Below are positions 34,197 to 44,505 of a stretch of DNA of 64,000 nt, in pieces. The position numbers and the translations under genes are program-made. The stretch comes from an uncultured Planctomycetaceae bacterium (GTDB lineage: Bacteria; Planctomycetota; Planctomycetia; Isosphaerales; Isosphaeraceae), in contig CAWIAD010000002.1 in the NCBI GenBank assembly GCA_963833985.1, positions 4,768,001-4,832,000 of the forward strand. Direction: 5' to 3'. Below the pieces are notes generated by a model. The model saw nothing but the letters and a program-made list of their open reading frames with translations. It was not told the DNA's origin and ran no database searches. Position 1 is the stretch's first letter; every line of letters starts with the position of its first letter.

Positions 34197-37100
34197 ATGA
34201 CTCGCTCCCTCAACCGGAACGAACATGCTGTTGTCAGCCACTTGAGAGCGAACCTCAGTCAGCGGCGACGTCGCCGCCCCCGGCCCGCACTACAGCTCGA
34301 GAGGCTCGAGGACCGACAGCTTCTCAGCAATGCGACGGCCTCGTTCATCAAGACCGACACGGCGGCTCAGGGTAACTGGATCAAGGCCTACGGGTCGCAG
34401 GGATATGACGTCATCGGCAGCTCGGCTACGTTGCCGAGCTACGCCACCGTCGCTCCTTCGGCGCAATCCAGTTACACGTGGGCGACAAATTCGAGCGACC
34501 CGCGCGCGCTCCAGACGGCCGGCGGCACCAGCCGCGTCGCGGCCTGCTGGTATTCTAGCTCGAGTTTTTCGGTCAACGTGAATTTGACTGACGGCCAGCA
34601 GCACGACCTGGAGTTGTATTTCGTCGACTGGGACAGCACCGGCCGCAAGGAGCAAATCCAGATCAGCAACGCCTCAACCGGCGCGGTTCTGGATACTGAG
34701 ACCGTGAGCTGCTTCCACAACGGCGTCTATCTGGACTACGCCGTGAGCGGCAACGTGAACATCAAGATCACCCACACGGCCGGGGCCAACGCCGTGCTCA
34801 GCGGATTGTTCGTTGATCCGCCCTCGACCGTATCACCGGTGCTTTTCCATGACAACTTCAGCTCCAGCCCACCAGGCTGCGCCTGGTCCTTCGTCGGCGG
34901 AACATGGCAGATCAGCAATAACGCGCTCAGCCAGACCAGCACGGCCGCGGGCGATCCCAAGAAAGCCATGGTCACCAACCAGACGTTCCCCAGCAACGTC
35001 ATGATCACGGCCGAGGTCAAGGTCAACACATGGAACGCGGGGGACTCTGCGCGCGCCGGAGTCGGCCTGGACACGAACACGAGCACCGGGAACGGATTCA
35101 ACCTGTTGTTCCACGGCACGAACCAGGTCCAGTTTCTCAACGATAAGATCGCCTGGGGCAACGCCTACACCTTCAACTGGCAGGTCGGCACCTGGTACTG
35201 GTTCCAGCTCGCGAACGTCAACGGAACGCTGGAAGGCAAGGTCTGGGCAGCGGGCACCGCGGAACCGCAGAACTGGATGTTCCAGCAGACGGGTTGGACA
35301 AATCCGCAAGGCACCGCGCCGGCGTTGAACGGAGGCTCGGCCAGCGGTACGACCGGCAGTGACACCGCCTCCTTCGCTTCGGTCTCCGTGACCGCAACCA
35401 GCGTGCAGCCCGACACCGCGAGCGCAGGTTCCGCGCTCACGGCGAACGCCGGCGCAGCGGTGAGCTTTAGCCAGGCGGCCGCAACGGGCACCGGTCCCCT
35501 CACGTACGCCTGGAACTTCGGCGACGGTACGACGGCGACCGGTTCGCTCAATCCCAGCCACGTCTATGCGAACCCGGGCAGCGACACAGCGACGCTGACG
35601 GTCACCGACGCACTCGGCATTCCGGTCACGAGCAGTGTGACCACGACCGTCAACGACGTGGCGCCGACGGCGCGCGTGACGGTCCCGGCATCGGGCGCCG
35701 TGGGCACCGCGCAGAGCTTTACAGCCAGCGCGACGGATGTGAGCCCGGCCGTGCAGGCCGCGGGCTTCGCCTACGCCTGGAACTTTGGCGACGGCAGCAC
35801 CGGCAGCGGCGCCGCGCCCGCCCACACTTACTCCGCCGCCGGCACGTACACGGTGACCGTGGCGGCCACCGACGAATACGGCAAGACAGGAACCGCCAGC
35901 GGAACGATCTCGATATTCGGCCCGCCAACCGTGAGTGCAGGCCCTGCCCTGACCGTCAGCGCCGGTTCGTCCCTGGGCTTCAGCCAGGCGACCGAAACCG
36001 GTGGCACGGCGCCCTTCAGCTATAGCTGGAACTTCGGTGACGGCTCAACGGCAACCGGCAGCTTGAACCCGTCGCACACCTACGCGGACCCGGGCAGCTA
36101 CACGGCCACGATGACCGTCACCGATGCCAACAAGCTGACGGCGACCAGCTCGGTCGCCGTCACGGTCAACGACGTGGCGCCGACGGTGACCTATACGGAT
36201 CCCCCGGCGACTGTGGGCTCGCCGGTCAGCTTCACCGCCAGCGCAACAGACATCAGCCCGGCGGTTCAGGCCGCGGGCTTCACATACGCCTGGAACTTCG
36301 GCGACGGCAACACAGGCACCGGCGCCAGCACCAGCCACATCTATGCGTCGGCCGGGACGTACACCGTCACGGTGACGGCGACGGACATGTACGGCAAGGC
36401 GGGAACAACCAGCGGAACGGTCACAATCGTGCCACCGAGCGGATCGCTGTCTGTCAATGCCGGCGGCAACCTCACGACCAGCGCCGGCTCCTCGGTCACA
36501 TTCGCCGGGTCGGTCTCGGGAGGCACCGCCCCCTACACATACTCCTGGAACTTCGGCGACGGCACGACCTCCGCCGCGAACTCAGCCAGCTTCGTGAACA
36601 CCGACACGACGACCCAGGGCAACTGGAGCGGGACCTACGGCGCTGCGGGCTATGACGTGATCGGCTCGACCACGAGCCTGCCCTCGTATGCCACGGTGAC
36701 ACCTTCGGGGCAATCTTCGTGGACCTGGGCGGCCTCAACAACGGACGCACGCGGACTGCAAGTCCCCGGATCGAGCAACCGGATCGCCGCTTGCTGGTAC
36801 AGTACCACATCGTTCACGATCGACGTTAATCTCACCGACGGCCAGATGCACTCTATTAGCCTCTACGCGGTAGACTGGCTTTCGCAAGGACGGACGGAAC
36901 AGATTCAGGTACTGGATGGCACAAACGGGACAGTACTGAACACCCAATCCATAAGTAACTTCACCAATGGCGAATACCTGAACTGGAATGTCTCAGGCCA
37001 TGTAAGTTTCGTGATCACGGACGTAGCGGGGGTCAGTGCTTGCGTCAGTGGCCTCTTCATCGGGAATGGATCACCCGGTGGTGGTAGCAGTCTCGCTCCA

Positions 37101-38891
37101 TCGCACGTGTATGCGAACCCCGGCAGCTACACAGCCACCCTGACCGCGAGTGATTCGGCCGGACACACCGCCAGCTCGAGTGCCACCGTATCGGTCAACG
37201 ACGTGCCGCCGACCGTGACCCTCACTGATCCGCCCGCATACGCGGGAGCACCCGTCAACTTCACCGCCAGCGCGACCGATGTGAGCCCGGCCGTGCAGGC
37301 CGCTGGCTTCACTTACGCCTGGAACTTCGGCGACGGCAGCACCGGCAGCGGTGCCAACACCAGCCATACATACACGACCGCTGGAACTTACACAGTGATG
37401 GTCTCCGCCACGGACGAGTACGGCAATGCAGGCACGGCAAGCGTCACGATGGTCGTCAGCAACTCGACGCCCAATGGGAACACCATGGTCCTGCAGAACT
37501 TTGACGGCTCCACCCTTCCCACGAACGGATCCGGCGACACCTACCCCAGTATCTACACAGGTGAAGGTGCGGTCGGCACAGTCAGCCTCAACACGACCAA
37601 CGCGATCGAGGGCAACAGCTTCCAGGCGAATATCACCTCCGGAGCAGCGTACATCCAGTTCAACCCTTACGGCGCTGGAGCGATGACGCCCAGGACCTTC
37701 GCCAGCTATTACGCAAATAATAACTCGACCGGCGGCCTTGCGATCGCTCCCGGCTGGCAGTACAACACGTACGACCACCTGAGCTTCTGGGTTTTGCGAC
37801 CCACCACGGCCACCCCGCTTGCCACCGGTGGAATGGACAACGTCGAATTCGGGACCTACGTCAAGCAGATCACCAATGCCAATTCGCAATCGGACGAGGC
37901 AGGAGGCATGCACTACTACAATGATCTCAACCTACCCAATAACGGCCAGTGGACGCAAGTGATCATCAACATGTACCCGCAACACTATCGCGGTGAGACC
38001 GCGGGTGAAACTCCGACGGGTACTGTTTATCCGACCGCGACGAACGGCCCATGGGGCGGAGCCGATCCTCTGAATACTTATAATTATTTCGATACATTGA
38101 CCAGGTTCTACTTCAACGAGTTGCACGCTGGCGCCGGAACTTTTCTGTTCGATGACTTCCAGTTTTACCAGGCGTCCTACCCTCAGGACGATGCCCAGGT
38201 CTCCTCGCTGAGCGGAACCTACAACCCGAACAATAACGAAGTGACCGTAACCTGGGCCCGCCCTGATAATGATAATTCCGTCAATGTCGATGTTCGTTAT
38301 TCCTTCAGCGACATCAACCAGATCGGCTGGAACGCAGCGACACCTGCACCCAACGGGATCCTTACTCCTCCTGGCTGGCAGGGATACGACGGCATGGTGT
38401 ATGACACGACGGCTCTGCCGCTTGCGGGCCACTCGGTCGTCTACATCGCTATTAGGCCGGAGAATTCACCCAACGGACTTTTCTCGGAGATCGCAGTTCC
38501 GATCTATGGAGTCGGCCAGAACCCGGCCCCCGCGTCCGCTTCCTTCCAAAGCTCGGTTTCGAGCAGTACTCCGTCGATTGCCTCCCCCGCGACGCCGTCG
38601 TCCAGCTCCGCAGTCACAGTGATTCAAGCTGGCATGGAGACACTTCAGCCCACAAGCCTATCAGAGTCCTCTGGGACCCTGGGCAACCAGGCGAGCTCGG
38701 TGAGCATCATGGCGCCCGGAGCGATAACCACGCATCAAGGACAGACTGTGCCGCAAGGACCTCGGGTGGCGACCAAGGCCAAAGCGGTGCAGCCCCCGCA
38801 GGCCGCAGTCCAGTCCCGAATCGCTCCGAGCCGCCTTGTGATCAACGATGATGGGGCACAGGTCCGTCGGTCTCATCTCACCGGAGCCTGA
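34197..38891 (+). CDS. Large secreted surface protein: planctomycete LERLEDR-LLS motif, two copies of a beta-rich domain, lectin-like domain, six PKD domains, unknown C-terminal domain
   Basis: RRRRRP...LERLEDRQLLS; six WNFGDG motifs; a duplicated DTxxQGNW...AACWY domain; very Ser/Thr/Ala/Gly-rich. Confidence 0.88.
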   Translation: MTRSLNRNEHAVVSHLRANLSQRRRRRPRPALQLERLEDRQLLSNATASFIKTDTAAQGNWIKAYGSQGYDVIGSSATLPSYATVAPSAQSSYTWATNSSDPRALQTAGGTSRVAACWYSSSSFSVNVNLTDGQQHDLELYFVDWDSTGRKEQIQISNASTGAVLDTETVSCFHNGVYLDYAVSGNVNIKITHTAGANAVLSGLFVDPPSTVSPVLFHDNFSSSPPGCAWSFVGGTWQISNNALSQTSTAAGDPKKAMVTNQTFPSNVMITAEVKVNTWNAGDSARAGVGLDTNTSTGNGFNLLFHGTNQVQFLNDKIAWGNAYTFNWQVGTWYWFQLANVNGTLEGKVWAAGTAEPQNWMFQQTGWTNPQGTAPALNGGSASGTTGSDTASFASVSVTATSVQPDTASAGSALTANAGAAVSFSQAAATGTGPLTYAWNFGDGTTATGSLNPSHVYANPGSDTATLTVTDALGIPVTSSVTTTVNDVAPTARVTVPASGAVGTAQSFTASATDVSPAVQAAGFAYAWNFGDGSTGSGAAPAHTYSAAGTYTVTVAATDEYGKTGTASGTISIFGPPTVSAGPALTVSAGSSLGFSQATETGGTAPFSYSWNFGDGSTATGSLNPSHTYADPGSYTATMTVTDANKLTATSSVAVTVNDVAPTVTYTDPPATVGSPVSFTASATDISPAVQAAGFTYAWNFGDGNTGTGASTSHIYASAGTYTVTVTATDMYGKAGTTSGTVTIVPPSGSLSVNAGGNLTTSAGSSVTFAGSVSGGTAPYTYSWNFGDGTTSAANSASFVNTDTTTQGNWSGTYGAAGYDVIGSTTSLPSYATVTPSGQSSWTWAASTTDARGLQVPGSSNRIAACWYSTTSFTIDVNLTDGQMHSISLYAVDWLSQGRTEQIQVLDGTNGTVLNTQSISNFTNGEYLNWNVSGHVSFVITDVAGVSACVSGLFIGNGSPGGGSSLAPSHVYANPGSYTATLTASDSAGHTASSSATVSVNDVPPTVTLTDPPAYAGAPVNFTASATDVSPAVQAAGFTYAWNFGDGSTGSGANTSHTYTTAGTYTVMVSATDEYGNAGTASVTMVVSNSTPNGNTMVLQNFDGSTLPTNGSGDTYPSIYTGEGAVGTVSLNTTNAIEGNSFQANITSGAAYIQFNPYGAGAMTPRTFASYYANNNSTGGLAIAPGWQYNTYDHLSFWVLRPTTATPLATGGMDNVEFGTYVKQITNANSQSDEAGGMHYYNDLNLPNNGQWTQVIINMYPQHYRGETAGETPTGTVYPTATNGPWGGADPLNTYNYFDTLTRFYFNELHAGAGTFLFDDFQFYQASYPQDDAQVSSLSGTYNPNNNEVTVTWARPDNDNSVNVDVRYSFSDINQIGWNAATPAPNGILTPPGWQGYDGMVYDTTALPLAGHSVVYIAIRPENSPNGLFSEIAVPIYGVGQNPAPASASFQSSVSSSTPSIASPATPSSSSAVTVIQAGMETLQPTSLSESSGTLGNQASSVSIMAPGAITTHQGQTVPQGPRVATKAKAVQPPQAAVQSRIAPSRLVINDDGAQVRRSHLTGA

Positions 38892-39081
38892 AGTGTCCCG
38901 ACCGATGTTTCGCATGAAGCCTCGGTCGGGCTCTTGAACTGAACCAACCTGCCACCGCCGCGGGGCCTGGCCACTCAAACTCGGAGATGATCCAGGAAGA
39001 CATGAAAATCCTGGAACCACGGAGAGCATACAGATCACGGAGAAAAGAATATGGTGAGGAGAAAGACGATAGAGTTTGAAA

Positions 39082-40177
39082 TCACTGTCTACCTGCGGGC
39101 TTGATCTCGCCCAGTGGGATGGAAATCTGAGAAAACCGTCTCGAGTTCTGGGGTTTGATCGCGATGTACACGACCGGATGGCCTTCCAGAGGCAAGGCTC
39201 GAGTGGCATACAGCATGCCGTTGTACCCCTGCCAGCCCGGAGGTTTGATGATTCCCTTCGGCGCAGGCCTGGCGGCATTCCAGCCAACCTGGTGGATGTC
39301 TTCGAACGCGTAGCGCACCTCGTGGGGGATGTTGTTCTCGTCCTTGGGCCGGCGCCAGGTCACGATCAGGTCGTTCCGCCCTGGGTCATGGGTGCCGGTG
39401 ATCGAGTAAACCTGGGCGTCGTTCTCGGGCGCGGTCTCCTGGTAAAACGCGATATCGTCGATCAGGTACGTGCCGATCGCGCCAGAGACTCGTGTCGTCG
39501 ATGTAGAAACGGGTCAAAGCGTCGAAGTAGTTAAACCGCGGCTCGTCCGTGGGGTGGGGCAAATATCCGGCGTCCACACCGCCGCTCTCACCTCGCCGGT
39601 GGTCAGGATGCATGTTGAGTATCACCTGCGTCCACCGGCCGTTGTTGGGTAGATTAAGCTTGTGGTAGTAGTGATTGCCTCCCGTCTCGTCGGACCTGGT
39701 ATCAGGGTTGGCGACTCGCTTGACGAACGTGCCGAACTCGACGTTCGCTCTGCCACCGGTGTCGAGCGGTGAGGCCGATGTGGGCCGCTTGATCCAGAAG
39801 CTCATCCGGTTGTACGTGTTGAACCGCCAAATCGAGGGGCGCGAGACGTGATCACGGGCGAATCCGCGTTTCTCGTTATCATAAGGGTTGAACTGGAGGT
39901 AGAGGCCCTTGGAGGTGATGATGGCCTGAAGGCTATTGCCGGTGATTGCGTCCCGGGAATTCAGCCCGACGGTACCCACGCTCCCTTCACCACCGTACAC
40001 GCTGGGATACGTTTCTCCTGCGGAATTCTTAGGAATCGCTCGTTCATTGAAATCAATCAAAGTCATATGATCTTCGCTCTGATCGTTGGCGGCGGCGGGA
40101 CGATCTGCTTTCCCGGCACACGACACAGCGACCACGACCAGCGCAAGCGCCAAAGTGGTTCCATATTGAAGAATCAT
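39082..40177 (-). CDS. Putative lipoprotein, paralogous to the C-terminal domain of the PKD protein (frameshift near 39485)
   Basis: MILQYGTTLALALVVVAVS-C lipobox-like signal. Joining the frames gives ...LTRFYIDD..SGAIGTYLIDDIAFYQE..ENDAQVYSITGTHDPGRNDLIVTWRRP..., collinear with 37485-38510. Confidence 0.8.
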
Positions 40178-40190
40178 GATCGAGTTGCCT

Positions 40191-41285
40191 TTAGGAAATG
40201 AGTTTTCCAGAACTCTTCTCGAGTATGTCCACAATCCTGCGGGAGGCCTGGCCATCCCAGAGCTCGGGTATCCTCCGCGCGACTTGTCCTTGCGCCAGGG
40301 TCTGGAGCGCCGTCGCGACGATACGATCGGGGTCGAGACCGACCAGGTGATTGGTTCCCTGGTCGATGGTGATGGGCCGCTCGGTGTTGTTCCGCAAGGT
40401 CAGGCAGGGCACACCAAGGACGGTCGTCTCTTCCTGGATACCTCCGGAATCAGTCAGGACCAGCCGCGCCTCAGCCAGCAGCTTCATGAAGTCGAGGTAG
40501 CCAAGGGGTTCGGTGACGATCAGCCCTGGCAATGCGGCGAGGTCACGGCCCTCAAGCGCCTTGCGTGTGCGGGGGTGGACCGGGAAGACGATCGGCAGCT
40601 CGCCCTGGAGCCGGGCGATCGCCGCGAGGATTCCCGCGAGGACCTGGGGATCATCGACATTCGCCGGCCGGTGCAGCGTCAGCACGCCAAAGGGGCGGCC
40701 CTCCAGGTGCAGATCCTCCCGGATCATGGAGCGGCGGCTCAGGTCCCGGCAGGCCAGGAGGGTGTCGATCATGACGTTGCCGACGAGGTGAATCCGCTCC
40801 TCCGCGACCCCCTCGCGGCGGAGGTTGGCCACGCCGCTGGGCTCGGTCACGAACAGCCAGTGGCTGATCGCGTCGGTGAGGATGCGGTTGATCTCCTCGG
40901 GCATGGTGCGATCGAAGCTGCGTAGGCCCGCTTCAACGTGCGCCACCGGGACGCCCAGCTTGACGGCGGTCAGAGCACAGGCAATCGTCGAGTTGACATC
41001 CCCGACGACCACCACCGCATCGGGCTTTTGCTCGAGTACGACCGGCTCGAACCGTTTCATCACCTCGGCCGTCTGCACGGCGTGGCTACCCGAGCCAATG
41101 CCCAGGTCGATGTCCGGCCGGGGAATCTTCAATTCCTCGAAGAACAGCCTGGACATGCGCTCGTCATAATGTTGACCGGTATGCACGAGGAATGCCTCGA
41201 TACCGGCACGGCAGTTAACCTCCCACATCAACGGGGCGATCTTCATGAAGTTCGGCCGCGCGCCGGCGACGACAACAACCCTCAT
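40191..41285 (-). CDS. wecB: UDP-N-acetylglucosamine 2-epimerase (non-hydrolysing)
   Basis: GARPNFMKIAP, HTGQHYD, VGDVNST, HVEAGLRS, PEEINR, TLHRPANVD, TDSGGIQEE and TERP. Confidence 0.96.
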   Translation of the reverse strand: MRVVVVAGARPNFMKIAPLMWEVNCRAGIEAFLVHTGQHYDERMSRLFFEELKIPRPDIDLGIGSGSHAVQTAEVMKRFEPVVLEQKPDAVVVVGDVNSTIACALTAVKLGVPVAHVEAGLRSFDRTMPEEINRILTDAISHWLFVTEPSGVANLRREGVAEERIHLVGNVMIDTLLACRDLSRRSMIREDLHLEGRPFGVLTLHRPANVDDPQVLAGILAAIARLQGELPIVFPVHPRTRKALEGRDLAALPGLIVTEPLGYLDFMKLLAEARLVLTDSGGIQEETTVLGVPCLTLRNNTERPITIDQGTNHLVGLDPDRIVATALQTLAQGQVARRIPELWDGQASRRIVDILEKSSGKLIS

Positions 41286-41396
41286 CAGCCCGAGTCTCCC
41301 CAGTCGTTTTCAGGCAGGTGGTGACAAAAATCGATTGTACAGAATGAGTGCCCTCTCCGGGCATTCGACCGAGACCGAGGCCGCTCCCAGTATAGA

Positions 41397-42560
41397 CTAC
41401 AGCAACGTTAGCAAAGGCCATGCATTGCTGCCCCATCCATACAAGGTCTCATACCAGAGACGAAACGACTCCATACTCTGCGCGAATGTACAGATGGGCC
41501 GGTATCCCAGTTCAATCTGAGCTCGTGTGCACTCGTGTGTGACGCAACGCAGTTGGTGCTGCATAAAGCGCATGTCATAAGGCATCCTCTCTTCGGTCAT
41601 GGAGATACGGGTTTTCCCCCTGGCCATCGATTCCACGCGTGACACAATGCTTTTGGGCAAGCGCCTGAGGCCAATACGGGCCAATCTCTCGACCTCGCTG
41701 AAGAGGGGGTCGCCTCGCAGCGTGCTGCGCACGTCGGATGACAACAAATGCTTCACGGACCGCAGGGGAGACAGTCGCCTCTCGCTACGTTCAGTTACGG
41801 TGGTTCGTACCTCGTTGCGGCTAACGGATGGCAGTGGCGGCGATTGGCCAGCCAGCGGCGCCAAGGTTTCCGCCAGTTGACGCCAGGTGGCTGTTTCGCC
41901 ATCCGTTACGAAGATGCGGGTGCCATCGGCTCTGCCGTTGGTCAGTGCAAGGACAATCGCTTCAGCCAGATTCTGCACATCTACGAGGTTGCACGGAGAC
42001 TCGCCGCTTTCGAGCAGTGCAAAATTTCCATTCCGGATCGACTCGATAAGCATGAGAAGATACACAGAATAGGGGCCAGAGATATTGGGCGGGCAGAGTA
42101 TGGTACACGGTAGGCCGTGCCGGCACGCGGAAAGCACCATTTCATCCTGGCGGAGCTTCATGGCGCCGTAGGATCCTGGCAGGACGTCCGGTAGTGCATT
42201 TTCTCTGGTGCTCTCCGGCTTCGGAAGCTCACCGTACACCGCCGTGCTACTCAGGTGCACTAGCCGCTGGACGCCGCTCTTGATGCACGCCCTGAGTAAG
42301 TTACGAAGTCCCTGGAACATCACATCCTCGGATCCCCGAGAGCAGTTGACGACATAGAAGCAACCCGTAATTGCCTCCAGCACGCTTGCGCGGTCTAGCA
42401 AGTCCACCGAGTGCAATTGGAGGCCACGCCGAGCTAGCCGCTGGGCATTGCCGCTGCTATGGGTGAGGGGCCGTACGTGGTAGCTCCCCTCGGCAAGCAG
42501 TCGTTCAACGAGAGCAGCTCCCACTAGACCTGACGCCCCAAGCACGCCGACTGTCTTCAT
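41397..42560 (-). CDS. NAD-dependent epimerase/dehydratase family protein
   Basis: GASGLVG, HLSSTAVYG and YGAMK (YxxxK). Confidence 0.88.
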   Translation of the reverse strand: MKTVGVLGASGLVGAALVERLLAEGSYHVRPLTHSSGNAQRLARRGLQLHSVDLLDRASVLEAITGCFYVVNCSRGSEDVMFQGLRNLLRACIKSGVQRLVHLSSTAVYGELPKPESTRENALPDVLPGSYGAMKLRQDEMVLSACRHGLPCTILCPPNISGPYSVYLLMLIESIRNGNFALLESGESPCNLVDVQNLAEAIVLALTNGRADGTRIFVTDGETATWRQLAETLAPLAGQSPPLPSVSRNEVRTTVTERSERRLSPLRSVKHLLSSDVRSTLRGDPLFSEVERLARIGLRRLPKSIVSRVESMARGKTRISMTEERMPYDMRFMQHQLRCVTHECTRAQIELGYRPICTFAQSMESFRLWYETLYGWGSNAWPLLTLL

Positions 42561-43648
42561 GTTTGCACCTCACGGGTTGCCCAGTACCAATCTTCGCGCA
42601 TGGGACGCCGATGGGCGTAAAGGTCTTCGATCAATCGCAGCGACTCAAGCCCGGCGCGCGCTGTCACCTTGGGACACCCACCTTGGCGGCAGGCTCTCAC
42701 AAAATCTTCCAATTGAAGTTGGAAGACGCTCTTGGCGGTCGCACCATGGGGTTGGCCCTGGCGCCAGACCGCCGTCTCGAGGTCCGGCTCGCCGGAGCGA
42801 CGGAATAGGATCTGGGACTGCGGACCCTCGCGTAGGATCACAATGCCTCCAGTCGTCTCCATCACGAATCCTGACCGCAGGTCAACAGTTTTCGAGAACC
42901 GCGCCGTCCCCTCGAACCGCTGGCCCTGTTCGTAGCGAAACGTCGAGACGGCATTTGCTTCCGGACCGCCCAGCGAGTCATCCTCCAGAGCGACCTCGTC
43001 CGGGTAACCGAACCAGTGGATCATCCGGTCCAGAAAGTGCGATCCGCTGACGACAAGCACGCCCCCCCCAGTGGCCGTGCGGTCGAGGTTGTACGCGGAG
43101 AGTGGCGACCAGCCTCCACGCGTCCCGAATTGATAGGCAAATCGCTTCGGACTGCCGAAGTAGCCGTTCGCCAGCAAGTCCCTCATGAGAACCACGCAGG
43201 CCAGGAAGCGAGTTGAGTAGCCAACAGCAACCACGGTCCCGCTCTCCTCGCCGGCCCGCACGATCGACTCCCCCTCTGCCACAGTCGTGGCCAGGGGCTT
43301 CTCGATGAGCACCGGCACGCCCGCCTTAAGGCATTCCAGGGCTAGGGGATGGTGCGTGTGATTCGGTGTAGCGATCACCACACCGTCGATCTCAGCGAGG
43401 ATCGCGCTGACTTCTGTGGCGATGCGCGGCCGGATGCCGAAGTCGCGCGCCAGGAACTCGGCGCGCTCGTAAACCGAATCTACTAGGGCTGCGAGCTCTA
43501 CTTCCGATGAGCAGAGAGCCGCAGGAACATGCGCATTACGAGCGATCAGGCCCGTCCCGACGATCCCCAGACGAAATCGACAGCTCAAGAAAACGGATCT
43601 CCCCAGGTACAGGATTCTCAGGGCATTGCCCTCGATCCCAGACAACAA
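42557..43648 (-). CDS. Gfo/Idh/MocA family oxidoreductase
   Basis: GIVGTGLIA, IATPNHTH, VLIEKP and GGGVLVVSGSHFLD. Confidence 0.92.
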   Translation of the reverse strand: MLSGIEGNALRILYLGRSVFLSCRFRLGIVGTGLIARNAHVPAALCSSEVELAALVDSVYERAEFLARDFGIRPRIATEVSAILAEIDGVVIATPNHTHHPLALECLKAGVPVLIEKPLATTVAEGESIVRAGEESGTVVAVGYSTRFLACVVLMRDLLANGYFGSPKRFAYQFGTRGGWSPLSAYNLDRTATGGGVLVVSGSHFLDRMIHWFGYPDEVALEDDSLGGPEANAVSTFRYEQGQRFEGTARFSKTVDLRSGFVMETTGGIVILREGPQSQILFRRSGEPDLETAVWRQGQPHGATAKSVFQLQLEDFVRACRQGGCPKVTARAGLESLRLIEDLYAHRRPMREDWYWATREVQT

Positions 43649-43680
43649 TTTGAGTACTGCGCTCCAGCATCACTGACGGG

Positions 43681-44505
43681 CTATTTTTTCCCTTTATCAG
43701 CATTCAGCAACGAGATCACGCGCCGAACGTCGCGCAAGTAGTCCAACCGGCGGTAACGTTCACCACTGACGTAATGGATCGCGATCCCGTCCTTTCTGCG
43801 CTGCGGCGTGTCAGCCTCTCTATTTGAGAGAACCAGGTAGTCTAGCGGCATTGGAAGGGAGCGAACGCACGCGGCGAAGACGTTGAAAACATCCTGCTCG
43901 ATGACGTAATGCATACGCCCAAGAAGACGCTTGACAATTCGGGGAAATTCCAAGAAATCGAACTGTAAGAGCTCCTGTCTCCTCCACAACATCAAACCGC
44001 TATTGAGGTTGACGACCGGTGTTCGGCCCAAGCTTGCGGTATGCTCGAGAACAAGGTGAAAATGTTTGTCATACTGCGAGTGGTCGTGGTCTTGCGCATA
44101 GACAACGCCGACCTCCTCAGGAAAGTCGATAAGAGATGTTTCTGTATTCTTTTTGAAAACAACATCGCTGTCGACAAACAACACCAAAGGGCGCTCACAG
44201 CAAAGCGGCAAAACGAAGAGCTTTAACAAGTGCGGGCTCTCTTTGATCAACTGTTCAGCCTCCAGTGTGATTGGCGGTCGCTGCTCTTCTTTCACGATGC
44301 GGATACCGACAACATGCCGTCTCAACGCGTCCAGGTCATGGGCGTCGAGCGTACCATCGGAAAGCACCGTGACGGCTGGCGACAAGCCCGAGAACAAAAA
44401 GAGGGACTTGATCGCAACAAGATAGGCATGCAGGTTGGACTTATCCAATAGTGTGGCGACCTCAAGCTCTTTCGTTTCCCCTGCCCTAATGGGCGATGTG
44501 GCCAA
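43681..44505 (-). CDS. Glycosyltransferase, GT8-like
   Basis: LFVDSDVVF, NLNSGLMLW, IEQDVF and IHY; start uncertain. Confidence 0.7.
   Translation of the reverse strand: MATSPIRAGETKELEVATLLDKSNLHAYLVAIKSLFLFSGLSPAVTVLSDGTLDAHDLDALRRHVVGIRIVKEEQRPPITLEAEQLIKESPHLLKLFVLPLCCERPLVLFVDSDVVFKKNTETSLIDFPEEVGVVYAQDHDHSQYDKHFHLVLEHTASLGRTPVVNLNSGLMLWRRQELLQFDFLEFPRIVKRLLGRMHYVIEQDVFNVFAACVRSLPMPLDYLVLSNREADTPQRRKDGIAIHYVSGERYRRLDYLRDVRRVISLLNADKGKK

Noticed and set aside
39010..39050. ACCACGGAG...CACGGAG short repeat between convergent genes
   Set aside because: Too short and degenerate to call; no clear terminator structure.
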